This document shows, piece after piece, positions 1 through 13,400 of a stretch of DNA of 64,000 nucleotides; positions within the stretch are counted from its first letter, which is position 1, and every line of letters begins with the position of its first letter. This stretch comes from Eledone cirrhosa. Lineage: Eukaryota. The notes beneath the pieces are model-generated. The model did not search any database and was not told where the DNA came from. It was given only the letters and a program-made list of their open reading frames with translations. Made by a program: the position numbers and the translations under genes. Location of the stretch: NCBI GenBank assembly GCA_964016885.1, contig OZ024743.1:211234001-211298000 (forward strand), written 5' to 3'.

Positions 1-1947
1 GGAGAGCTGTTCCAGGTAGAGCCACTAATTCACTGAATTGAGAGATCACAGCTCTGATATTACAGACATGGGGTTAGAATGTCTCAGGAAAGAATCACTG
101 GAGAGCTGTTGCAGGTAGAGCCACTAATTCACTGAATTGAGAGATCATAGCTCTGATATTACAGACATGGGGTTAGAATGTCTCAGGAAAAAATCACTAG
201 AGAGCTGTTCCAGGTAGAGCCACTAATTCACTGAATTAAGAGATCACAGCTCTGATATTACAGACATGTGGTTAGAATGTCTGAGGAAAGAATCACTGGA
301 GAGCTGTTCCAGGTAGAGCCACTAATTCACTGAATTGAGAGATCACAGCTCTGATATTACAGACATGTGATTAGAATGTCTGAGGAAAGAATCACTAGAG
401 AGCTGTTCCAGGTAGAGCCACTAATTCATTGAATTGAGAGATCACAGCTCTGATATAACAGACATGTGGTTAGAATGTCTCAGAAAAGAATCACTAGCGA
501 GCTGTTCAAGGTAGAGCCACTAATTCACTGAATTGAGAGATCACAGCTCTGATATTACAGACATGTGTTTAGAATGTCTGAGGAAAGAATCACTGGAGAG
601 CTGTTCCAGGTAGAGCCACTAATTCACTGAATTGAGAGATCACAGCTCTGATATTACAGACATGGGGTTAGAATGTCTGAGGAAAGAATTACTAGAAAGC
701 TGTTCCAGGTGGAGCCACTAATTCACTGAATTGAGAGATCATAGCTCTGATACTACAGACATGTGGTTAGAATGTCTGAGGAAAGAATCACTAGAGAGCT
801 GTTCCAGGTAGAGCCACTAATTCACTGAATTGAGAGATCACAGCTCTGATAATACAGACATGTGGTTAGAATGTCTGAGGAAAGAGTCACTAGAGAGCTG
901 TTCCAGGTAGAGCCACTAATTTACCGAATTGAGAGATCATAGCTCTGATACTACAGACATGTGGTTAGAATGTCTGAGGAAAGAATCACTAGAGAGCTGT
1001 TCCAGGTAGAGCCACTAATTCACTGAATTGAGAGATCATAGCTCTGATATTACAGACATGGGGTTAGAATGTCTCAGGAAAGAATCACTAGAGAGCTGTT
1101 CCAGGTAGAGCCACTAATTCACTGAATTGAGAGATCACAGCTCTGATACTATAGACATGGGGTTAGAATGTCTGAGGAAAGAATCACTAGAGAGCTGTTC
1201 CAGGTAGAGCCACTAATTCACTGAATTGAGAGATCACAATTCTGATATTACAGACATGTGGTTAGAATGTCTAAGGAAAGAATCACTGGAGAGCTGTTCC
1301 AGGTAGAGCCACTAATTCACTGAATTGAGAGATCACAGCTCTGATATTACAGACATGGGGTTAGAATGTCTCAGGAAAGAATCACTGGAGAGCTGTTGCA
1401 GGTAGAGCCACTAATTCACTGAATTGAGAGATCATAGCCCTGATATTACAGACATGGGGTTAGAATGTCTCAGGAAAAAATCACTAGAGAGCTGTTCCAG
1501 GTAGAGCCACTAATTCACTGAATTGAGAGATCACAGCTCTGATATTACAGACATGTGGTTAGAATGTCTGAGGAAAGAATCACTGGAGAGCTGTTCCAGG
1601 TAGAGCCACTAATTCACTGAATTGAGAGATCACAGCTCTGATATTACAGACATGTGATTAGAATGTCTGAGGAAAGAATCACTAGAGAGCTGTTCCAGGT
1701 AGAGCCGCTAATTCATTGAATTGAGAGATCACAGCTCTGATATAACAGACATGTGGTTAGAATGTCTCAGAAAAGAATCACTAGCGAGCTGTTCAAGGTA
1801 GAGCCACTAATTCACTGAATTGAGAGATCACAGCTCTGATATTACAGACATGTGTTTAGAATGTCTGAGGAAAGAATCACTGGAGAGCTGTTCCAGGTAG
1901 AGCCACTAATTCACTGAATTGAGAGATCACAGCTCTGATATTACAGA
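1..1947. repeat. 13-monomer (1287 bp) period duplication
   Basis: CAGGAAAAAATC at 184 and 1471; TGATATAACA at 451 and 1738. Both offsets are 1287. Confidence 0.85.
16..114 (+). mobile_element. Representative monomer: degenerate 33-codon fragment of an RTE-clade (Rex3/Expander-like) LINE ORF, C-terminal to the RT domain; non-coding relic, applies to all copies
   Basis: The consensus frame +1 translation VEPLIH*IERSQL*YYRHVVRMSEERITGELFQ matches, ungapped, the recalled RTE-clade motif VEPLLLHIERSQLRWLGHLFRMPPGRLPGEVFR. Identities include VEPL, IERSQL, H..RM, R, GE.F. The reference motif is from memory and was not confirmed by a search. Confidence 0.75.
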
Positions 1948-4900
1948 CATGTGGTTAGAATGTCTGAGGAAAGAATCACTAGAGAGCTGTTCCAGGTAGA
2001 GCCGCTACTTCACTGAATTGAGAGATCATAGCTCTGATACTACAGACATGCGGTTAGAATGTCTGAGGAAAGAATCACTAGAGAGCTGTTCCAGGTAGAG
2101 CCGCTAATTCACTCAATTGAGAGATCATAGCTCTGATACTACAGATATGTGGTTAGAATGTCTGAGGAAAGAATCACTAGAGAGCTGTTCCAGGTAGAGC
2201 CGCTAATTCACTGAATTGAGAGATCATAACTCTGATACTACAGACATGCGGTTGGAATGTCTGAGGAAAGAATCACTAGAGAGCTGTTCCAGGTAGAGCC
2301 ACTAATTCACTGAATTGAGAGATCACAGCTCTGATATTACAGACATGTGGTTAGAATGTCTGAGGAAAGAATCACTGGAGAGCTGTTCCAGGTAGAGCCA
2401 CTAATTCACTGAATTGAGAGATTACAGCTCTGATATTACAGACAAGTGGTTAGAATGTCTGAGGAAAGAATCACTAGAGAGCTGTTCCAGGTAGAGCCGC
2501 TAATTCACTGAATTGAGAGATCATAGCTCTGATACTACAGACATGTGGTTAGAATGTCTGAGGAAAGAATCACTAGAGAGCTGTTCCAGGTAGAGCCACT
2601 AATTCACTGAATTGAGAGATCACAGCTCTGATATTACAGACATGGGGTTAGAATGTCTGAGGAAAGAATCACTAGAGAGCTGTTCCAGGTAGAGCCGCTA
2701 ATTCATTGAATTGAGAGATCACAGCTCTGATATTACAGACATGTGGTTAGAATGTCTCAGAAAAGAATCACTAGCGAGCTGTTCAACGTAGAGCCACGAA
2801 TTCACTGAATTGAGAGTTCACAGCTCTGATATTACAGACATGTGTTTAGAATGTCTGAGGAAAGAATCACTGGAGAGCTGTTCCAGGTAGAGCCACTAAT
2901 TCACTGAATTGAGAGATCACAGCTCTGATATTACAGAAATGTGGTTAGAATGTCTGAGGAAATAATCACTAGAGAGCTGTTCCAGGTAGAGCCGCTAATT
3001 CACTGAATTGAGAGATCATAGCTCTGATACTACAGACATGCGGTTAGAATGTCTGAGGAAAGAATCACTAGAGAGCTGTTCCAGGTAGAGCCGCTAATTC
3101 ACTCAATTGAGAGATCATAGCTCTGATATTACAGACATGTGGTTAGAATGTCTGAGGAAAGAATCACTGGAGAGCTGTTCCAGGTAGAGCCACTAATTCA
3201 CTGAATTGAGAGATTACAGCTCTGATATTACAGACAGGTGGTTAGAATGTCTGAGGAAAGAATCACTAGAGAGCTGTTCCAGGTAGAGCCGCTAATTCAC
3301 TGAATTGAGAGATCATAGCTCTGATACTACAGACATGCGGTTAGAATGTCTGAGGAAAGAATCACTAGAGAGCTGTTCCAGGTAGAGCCACTAATTCACT
3401 GAATTGAGAGATCACAGCTCTGATATTACAGACATGGGGTTAGAATGGCTCAGGAAAGAATCACTAGAGAGCTGTTCATGGTAGAGCCACTAATTCACTG
3501 AATTGAGAGATCACTGCTCTGATATTACAGACATGTGGTTAGAATGTCTGAGGAAAGAATCACTGGAGAGCTGTTCCAGGTAGAGCCACTAATTCACTGA
3601 ATTGAGAGATCACAGCTCTGATATTACAGACATGTGGTTAGAATGTCTGAGGAAAGAATCACTAGAGAGCTGTTCCAGGTAGAGCCACTAATTCACTGAA
3701 TTGAGACATTACAGCTCTGATATTACAGACATGTGGTTAGAATGTCTGAGGAAAGAATCACTAGAGAGCTGTTCCAGGTAGAGCCGCTAATTCACTGAAT
3801 TGAGAGATCATAGCTCTGATACTACAGACATGTGGTTAGAATGTCTCAGGAAAGAATCACTGGAGAGCTGTTCCAGGTAGAGCCACTAGTTCACTGAATT
3901 GAGAGATCACAGCTCTGATATTACAGACATATGGTTAGAATGTCTGAGGAAAGAATCACTGGAGAGCTGTTCCAGGTAGAGCCACTAATTCACTGAATTG
4001 AGAGATTACAGCTCTGATATTACAGACAGGTGGTTAGAATGTCTGAGGAAAGAATCACTAGAGAGCTGTTCCAGGTAGAGCCGCTAATTCACTGAATTGA
4101 GAGATCATAGCTCTGATACTACAGACATGCGGTTAGAATGTCTGAGGAAAGAATCACTAGAGAGCTGTTCCAGGTAGAGCCGCTAATTCACTGAATTGAG
4201 AGATCATAGCTCTGATACTACAGACATGTGGTTAGAATGTCTGAGGAAAGAATCACTAGAGAGCTGTTCCAGGTAGAGCCACTAATTCACTGAATTGAGA
4301 GATCACAGCTCTGATATTACAGACATGGGGTTAGAATGTCTCAGGAAAGAATCACTAGAGAGCTTTTCAAGGTAGAGCCACTAATTCACTGAAATGAGAG
4401 ATCACAGCTCTGATATTACAGACATGTGGTTAGAATGTCTGAGGAAAGAATCACTAGAGAGCTGTTCCAGGTAGAGCCGCTAATTCACTGAATTGAGAGA
4501 TCATAGCTCTGATACTACAGACATGTGGTAAGAATGTCTCAGGAAAGAATCACTGGAGAGCTGTTCCAGGTAGAGCCACTAATTCACTGAATTGAGAGAT
4601 CATAGCTCTGATATTACAGACATGTGGTTAGAATGTCTGAGGAAAGAATCACTAGAGAGCTGTTCCAGGTAGAGCCACTAATTCACTGAATTGAGAGATC
4701 ACAATTCTGATATTACAGACATGTGGTTAGAATGTCTGAGTAAAGAATCACTGGAGAGCTGTTCCAGGTAGAGCCACTAATTCACTGAATTGAGAGATCA
4801 CAGCTCTGATATTACAGACATGTGGTTAGAATGTCTGAGGAAAGAATCACTAGAGAGCTGTTCCAGGTAGAGCCACTAATTCACTGAAATGAGAGATCAC

Positions 4901-7489
4901 AGCTCTGATATTACAGACATGTTGTTAGAACGTCTGAGGAAAGAATCACTAGAGAGCTGTTCCAGGTAGAGCCACTAATTCACTGAATTGAGAGATCACA
5001 GCTCTGATATTACAGACATGGGGTTAGAATGTCTGAGGAAAGAATCACTGGAGAGCTGTTCCAGGTAGAGCCACTAATTCACTGAATTGAGAGATTACAG
5101 CTCTGATATTAGAGACAGGGGGTTAGAATGTCTGAGGAAAGAATCACTAGAGAGCTGTTCCAGGTAGAGCCGCTAATTCACTGAATCGAGAGATCATAGC
5201 TCTGATACTACACACATGCGGTTAGAATGTCTGAGGAAAGAATCACTAGAGAGCTGTTCCAGGTAGAGCCGCTAATTCACTGAATTGAGAGATCATAGCT
5301 CTGATACTACAGACATGTGGTTAGAATGTCTGAGGAAAGAATCACTAGAGAGCTGTTCCAGGTAGAGCCACTAATTCACTGAATTGAGAGATCACAGCTC
5401 TGATATTACAGACATGGGGTTAGAATGTCTGAGGAAAGAATCACTAGAGAGCTGTTCCAGGTAGAGCCGCTAATTCACTCAATTGAGGGATCATAGCTCT
5501 GATACTACAGACATGTGGTTAGAATGTCTGAGGAAAGAATCACTAGAGAGCTGTTCCAGGTAGAGCCACTAATTCACTGAATTGAGAGATCACAGCTCTG
5601 ATATTACAGACATGTGGTTAGAATGTCTGAGTAAAGAATCACTGGAGAGCTGTTCCAGGTAGAGCCACGAATTCACTGAATTGAGAGATCACAGCTCTGA
5701 TATTACAGACATGTGGTTAGAATGTCTGAGGAAAGAATCACTAGAGAGCTGTTCCAGGTAGAGCCACTAATTCACTGAATTGAGAGATCACAGCTCTGAT
5801 ATTACAGACATGGGGTTAGAATGTCTGAGGAAAGAATCACTGGAGAGCTGTTCCAGGTAGAGCCACTAATTCACTGAATTGAGAGATTACAGCTCTGATA
5901 TTACAGACAGGGGGTTAGAATGTCTGAGGAAAGAATCACTGGAGAGCTGTTCCAGGTAGAGCCGGTAATTCACTGAATTGAGAGATCATAGCTCTGATAC
6001 TACAGACATGCGGTTAGAATGTCTGAGGAAAGAATCACTAGAGAGCTGTTCCAGGTAGAGCCGCTAATTCACTGAATTGAGAGATCATAGCTCTGATACT
6101 ACAGACATGTGGTTAGAATGTCTGAGGAAAGAATCACTAGAGAGCTGTTCCAGGTAGAGCCACTAATTCACTGAATTGAGAGATCACAGCTCTGATATTA
6201 CAGACATGTGGTTAGAATGTCTGAGTAAAGAATCACTGGAGAGCTGTTCCAGGTAGAGCCACGAATTCACTGAATTGAGAGATCACAGCTCTGATATTAC
6301 AGACATGTGGTTAGAATGTCTGAGGAAAGAATCACTAGAGAGCTGTTCCAGGTAGAGCCACTAATTCACTGAATTGAGAGATCACAGCACTGATATTACA
6401 GACATGGGGTTAGAATGTCTGAGGAAAGAATCACTGGAGAGCTGTTCCAGGTAGAGCCACTAATTCACTGAATTGAGAGATTACAGCTCTGATATTACAG
6501 ACAGGGGGTTAGAATGTCTGAGGAAAGAATCACTGGAGAGCTGTTCCAGGTAGAGCCGCTAATTCACTGAATTGAGAGATCATAGCTCTGATACTACAGA
6601 CATGCGGTTAGAATGTCTAAGGAAAGAATCACTAGAGAGCTGTTCCAGGTAGAGCCGCTAATTCACTGAATTGAGAGATCATAGCTCTGATACTACAGAC
6701 ATGCGGTTAGAATGTCTGAGGAAAGAATCACTAGAGAGCTGTTCCAGGTAGAGCCGCTAATTCACTGAATTGAGAGATCATAGCTCTGATACTACAGACA
6801 TGTGGTTAGAATGTCTGAGGAAAGAATCACTAGAGAGCTGTTCCAGGTAGAGCCACTAATTCACTGAATTGAGAGATCACAGCTCTGATATTACAGACAT
6901 GTGGTTAGAATGTCTGAGTAAAGAATCACTGGAGAGCTGTTCCAGGTAGAGCCACGAATTCACTGAATTGAGAGATCACAGCTCTGATATTACAGACATG
7001 TGGTTAGAATGTCTGAGGAAAGAATCACTAGAGAGCTGTTCCAGGTAGAGCCACTAATTCACTGAATTGAGAGATCACAGCTCTGATATTACAGACATGT
7101 TGTTAGAATGTCTGAGGAAAGAATCACTAGAGAGCTGTTCCAGGTAGAGCCACTAATTCACTGAATGGAGAGATCACAGCTCTGATATTACAGACATGGG
7201 GTTAGAATGTCTGAGGAAAGAATCACTGGAGAGCTGTTCCAGGTAGAGCCACTAATTCACTGAATTGAGAGATTACAGCTCTGATATTACAGACAGGGGG
7301 TTAGAATGTCTGAGGAAAGAATCACTGGAGAGCTGTTCCAGGTAGAGCCGCTAATTCACTGAATTGAGAGATCATAGCTCTGATACTACAGTCATGCGGT
7401 TAGAATGTCTGAGGAAAGAATCACTAGAGAGCTGTTCCAGGTAGAGCCGCTAATTCACTGAATTGAGAGATCATAGCTCTGATACTACA

Positions 7490-10400
7490 GACATGTGGTT
7501 AGAATGTCTGAGGAAAGAATCACTAGAGAGCTGTTCCAGGTAGAGCCACTAATTCACTGAATTGAGAGATCACAGCTCTGATATTACAGACATGGGGTTA
7601 GAATGTCTGAGGAAAGAATCACTAGAGAGCTGTTCCAGGTAGAGCCGCAAATTCACTGAATTGAGAGATCATAGCTCTGATACTACAGACATGAGGTTAG
7701 AATGTCTGAGGAAAGAATCACTAGAGAGCTGTTCCAGGTAGAGCCGCTAATTCACTCAATTGAGAGATCATAGCTCTGATACTACAGACATGTGGTTAGA
7801 ATGTCTGAGGAAAGAATTACTAGAGAGCTGTTCCAGGTAGAGCCACTAATTCACTGAATTGAGAGATCACAGCTCTGATATTACAGACATGTGGTTAGAA
7901 TGTCTCAGGAAAGAATCACTAGAGACCTGTTCCAGGTAGAGCCACTAATTGACTGAATTGAGAGATCACAGCTCTGATATTACAGACATGTGGTTAGAAT
8001 GTCTGAGGAAAGAATCACTAGAGAGCTGTTCCAGGTAGAGCCACTAATTCACTGAATTGAGACATTACAGCTCTGATATTACAGACATGTGGTTAGAATG
8101 TCTGTGTAAAGAATCACTGGAGAGCTGTTCCAGGTAGAGCCACTAATTCACTGAATTGAGAGATCACAGCTCTGATATTACAGACATGTGGTTGGAATGT
8201 CTGAGGAAAGAATCACTAGAGAGCTGTTCCAGGTAGAGCCACTAATTCACTGAATTGAGAGATCACAGCTCTGATATTACAGACATGTGGTTAGAATGTC
8301 TGAAGAAAGAATCACTAGAGAGCTGTTCTAGGTAGAGCCACTAGTTCACTGAATTGAGAGATCATAGCTCTGATACTACAGACATGCGGTTAGAATGTCT
8401 GAGGAAAGAATCACTAGAGAGCTGTTCCAGGTAGAGCCGCTAATTCACTGAATTGAGAGATCATAGCTCTGATACTACAGACATGTGGTTAGAATGTCTG
8501 AGGAAAGAATCACTAGAGAGCTGTTCCAGGTAGAGCCACTAATTCACTGAATTGAGAGATCACAGCTCTGATATTACAGACATGGGGTTAGAATGTCTCA
8601 GGAAAGAATCACTAGAGAGCTGTTCAAGGTAGAGCCACTAATTCACTGAATTGAGAGATCACAGCTCTGATATTACAGACATGTGGTTAGAATGTCTGAG
8701 GAAAGAATCACTGGAGAGCTGTTCCAGGTAGAGCCGCTAATTCACTGAATTGAGAGATCATAGCTCTGATACTACAGACATGCGGTTAGAATGTCTGAGG
8801 AAAGAATCACTAGAGAGCTGTTCCAGGTAGAGCTGCTAATTCACTGAATTGAGAGATCATAGCTCTGATACTACAGACATGTGGTTAGAATGTCTGAGGA
8901 AAGAATCACTAGAGAGCTGTTCCAGGTAGAGCCACTAATTCACTGAATTGAGAGATCACAGCTCTGATATTACAGACATGTGGTTAGAATGTCTGAGGAA
9001 AGAATCACTAGAGAGCTGTTCCAGGTAGAGCCACTAATTCACTGAATTGAGACATTACAGCTCTGATATTACAGACATGTGGTTAGAATGTCTGAGGAAA
9101 GAATCACTAGAGAGCTGTTCCAGGTAGAGCCGCTAATTCACTGAATTGAGAGATCATAGCTCTGATACTACAGACATGTGGTAAGAATGTCTCAGGAAAG
9201 AATCACTGGAGAGCTGTTCCAGGTAGAGCCACTAATTCACTGAATTGAGAGATCATAGCTCTGATATTACAGACATGTGGTTAGAATGTCTGAGGAAAGA
9301 ATCACTAGAGAGCTGTTCCAGGTAGAGCCACTAATTCACTGAATTGAGAGATCACAGCTCTGATATTACAGACATGGGGTTAGAATGTCTGAGGAAAGAA
9401 TCACTAGAGAGCTGTTCCAGGTAGAGCCGCAAATTCACTGAATTGAGAGATCATAGCTCTGATACTACAGACATGAGGTTAGAATGTCTGAGGAAAGAAT
9501 CACTAGAGAGCTGTTCCAGGTAGAGCCGCTAATTCACTCAATTGAGAGATCATAGCTCTGATACTACTGACATGTGGTTAGAATGTCTGAGGAAAGAATT
9601 ACTAGAGAGCTGTTCCAGGTAGAGCCACTAATTCACTGAATTGAGAGATCACAGCTCTGATATTACAGACATGTGGTTAGAATGTCTCAGGAAAGAATCA
9701 CTAGAGACCTGTTCCAGGTAGAGCCACTAATTGACTGAATTGAGAGATCACAGCTCTGATATTACAGACATGTGGTTAGAATGTCTGAGGAAAGAATCAC
9801 TAGAGAGCTGTTCCAGGTAGAGCCACTAATTCACTGAATTGAGACATTACAGCTCTGATATTACAGACATGTGGTTAGAATGTCTGTGTAAAGAATCACT
9901 GGAGAGCTGTTCCAGGTAGAGCCACTAATTCACTGAATTGAGAGATCACAGCTCTGATATTACAGACATGTGGTTGGAATGTCTGAGGAAAGAATCACTA
10001 GAGAGCTGTTCCAGGTAGAGCCACTAATTCACTGAATTGAGAGATCACAGCTCTGATATTACAGACATGTGGTTAGAATGTCTGAAGAAAGAATCACTAG
10101 AGAGCTGTTCTAGGTAGAGCCACTAGTTCACTGAATTGAGAGATCATAGCTCTGATACTACAGACATGCGGTTAGAATGTCTGAGGAAAGAATCACTAGA
10201 GAGCTGTTCCAGGTAGAGCCGCTAATTCACTGAATTGAGAGATCATAGCTCTGATACTACAGACATGTGGTTAGAATGTCTGAGGAAAGAATCACTAGAG
10301 AGCTGTTCCAGGTAGAGCCACTAATTCACTGAATTGAGAGATCACAGCTCTGATATTACAGACATGGGGTTAGAATGTCTCAGGAAAGAATCACTAGAGA

Positions 10401-13400
10401 GCTGTTCAAGGTAGAGCCACTAATTCACTGAATTGAGAGATCACAGCTCTGATATTACAGACATGTGGTTAGAATGTCTGAGGAAAGAATCACTGGAGAG
10501 CTGTTCCAGGTAGAGCCGCTAATTCACTGAATTGAGAGATCATAGCTCTGATACTACAGACATGCGGTTAGAATGTCTGAGGAAAGAATCACTAGAGAGC
10601 TGTTCCAGGTAGAGCTGCTAATTCACTGAATTGAGAGATCATAGCTCTGATACTACAGACATGTGGTTAGAATGTCTGAGGAAAGAATCACTAGAGAGCT
10701 GTTCCAGGTAGAGCCACTAATTCACTGAATTGAGAGATCACAGCTCTGATATTACAGACATGTGGTTAGAATGTCTGAGGAAAGAATCACTAGAGAGCTG
10801 TTCCAGGTAGAGCCACTAATTCACTGAATTGAGACATTACAGCTCTGATATTACAGACATGTGGTTAGAATGTCTGAGGAAAGAATCACTAGAGAGCTGT
10901 TCCAGGTAGAGCCGCTAATTCACTGAATTGAGAGATCATAGCTCTGATACTACAGACATGTGGTAAGAATGTCTCAGGAAAGAATCACTGGAGAGCTGTT
11001 CCAGGTAGAGCCACTAATTCACTGAATTGAGAGATCATAGCTCTGATATTACAGACATGTGGTTAGAATGTCTGAGGAAAGAATCACTAGAGAGCTGTTC
11101 CAGGTAGAGCCACTAATTAACTGAATTGAGAGATCACAATTCTGATATTACAGACATGTGGTTAGAATGTCTCAGGAAAGAATCACTGGAGAGCTGTTCC
11201 AGGTAGAGCCACTAATTCACTGAATTGAGAGATCACAGCTCTGATATTACAGACATGTGGTTAGAATGTCTGAGGAAAGAATCACTAGAGAGCTGTTCCA
11301 GGTAGAGCCACTAATTCACTGAATTGAGACATTACAGCTCTGATATTACAGACATGTGGTTAGAATGTCTGTGTAAAGAATCACTGGAGAGCTGTTCCAG
11401 GTAGAGCCACTAATTCACTGAATTGAGAGATCACAGCTCTGATATTACAGACATGTGGTTGGAATGTCTGAGGAAAGAATCACTAGAGAGCTGTTCCAGG
11501 TAGAGCCACTAATTCACTGAATTGAGAGATCACAGCTCTGATATTACAGACATGTGGTTAGAATGTCTGAAGAAAGAATCACTAGAGAGCTGTTCTAGGT
11601 AGAGCCACTAGTTCACTGAATTGAGAGATCATAGCTCTGATACTACAGACATGCGGTTAGAATGTCTGAGGAAAGAATCACTAGAGAGCTGTTCCAGGTA
11701 GAGCCGCTAATTCACTGAATTGAGAGATCATAGCTCTGATACTACAGACATGTGGTTAGAATGTCTGAGGAAAGAATCACTAGAGAGCTGTTCCAGGTAG
11801 AGCCACTAATTCACTGAATTGAGAGATCACAGCTCTGATATTACAGACATGGGGTTAGAATGTCTCAGGAAAGAATCACTAGAGAGCTGTTCAAGGTAGA
11901 GCCACTAATTCACTGAATTGAGAGATCACAGCTCTGATATTACAGACATGTGGTTAGAATGTCTGAGGAAAGAATCACTGGAGAGCTGTTCCAGGTAGAG
12001 CCGCTAATTCACTGAATTGAGAGATCATAGCTCTGATACTACAGACATGCGGTTAGAATGTCTGAGGAAAGAATCACTAGAGAGCTGTTCCAGGTAGAGC
12101 TGCTAATTCACTGAATTGAGAGATCATAGCTCTGATACTACAGACATGTGGTTAGAATGTCTGAGGAAAGAATCACTAGAGAGCTGTTCCAGGTAGAGCC
12201 ACTAATTCACTGAATTGAGAGATCACAGCTCTGATATTACAGACATGTGGTTAGAATGTCTGAGGAAAGAATCACTAGAGAGCTGTTCCAGGTAGAGCCA
12301 CTAATTCACTGAATTGAGACATTACAGCTCTGATATTACAGACATGTGGTTAGAATGTCTGAGGAAAGAATCACTAGAGAGCTGTTCCAGGTAGAGCCGC
12401 TAATTCACTGAATTGAGAGATCATAGCTCTGATACTACAGACATGTGGTAAGAATGTCTCAGGAAAGAATCACTGGAGAGCTGTTCCAGGTAGAGCCACT
12501 AATTCACTGAATTGAGAGATCATAGCTCTGATATTACAGACATGTGGTTAGAATGTCTGAGGAAAGAATCACTAGAGAGCTGTTCCAGGTAGAGCCACTA
12601 ATTCACTGAATTGAGAGATCACAGCTCTGATATTACAGACATGGGGTTAGAATGTCTGAGGAAAGAATCACTAGAGAGCTGTTCCAGGTAGAGCCGCAAA
12701 TTCACTGAATTGAGAGATCATAGCTCTGATACTACAGACATGAGGTTAGAATGTCTGAGGAAAGAATCACTAGAGAGCTGTTCCAGGTAGAGCCGCTAAT
12801 TCACTCAATTGAGAGATCATAGCTCTGATACTACTGACATGTGGTTAGAATGTCTGAGGAAAGAATTACTAGAGAGCTGATCCAGGTAGAGCCACTAATT
12901 CACTGAATTGAGAGATCACAGCTCTGATATTACAGACATGTGGTTAGAATGTCTCAGGAAAGAATCACTAGAGACCTGTTCCAGGTAGAGCCACTAATTG
13001 ACTGAATTGAGAGATCACAGCTCTGATATTACAGACATGTGGTTAGAATGTCTGAGGAAAGAATCACTAGAGAGCTGTTCCAGGTAGAGCCACTAATTCA
13101 CTGAATTGAGACATTACAGCTCTGATATTACAGACATGTGGTTAGAATGTCTGTGTAAAGAATCACTGGAGAGCTGTTCCAGGTAGAGCCACTAATTCAC
13201 TGAATTGAGAGATCACAGCTCTGATATTACAGACATGTGGTTGGAATGTCTGAGGAAAGAATCACTAGAGAGCTGTTCCAGGTAGAGCCACTAATTCACT
13301 GAATTGAGAGATCACAGCTCTGATATTACAGACATGTGGTTAGAATGTCTGAAGAAAGAATCACTAGAGAGCTGTTCTAGGTAGAGCCACTAGTTCACTG

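Noticed and set aside
1-99. CENP-B box or telomeric repeat (GGGTTAG occurs in G71 monomers)
   Set aside because: No TTCG....A..CGGG motif is present. GGGTTAG is a single isolated heptamer found in only one allele, not a tandem telomeric tract.
1-99. Tandem tRNA, 5S rRNA or snRNA gene cluster
   Set aside because: There is no cloverleaf, no convincing Pol III A/B/C boxes, no oligo-T terminator and no resemblance to RNA families I recognise.
181-200. Apparent indel at CAGGAAAAAATC
   Set aside because: It is a G>A substitution and the 99-bp phase is retained, unlike the true deletion allele at ~39395.
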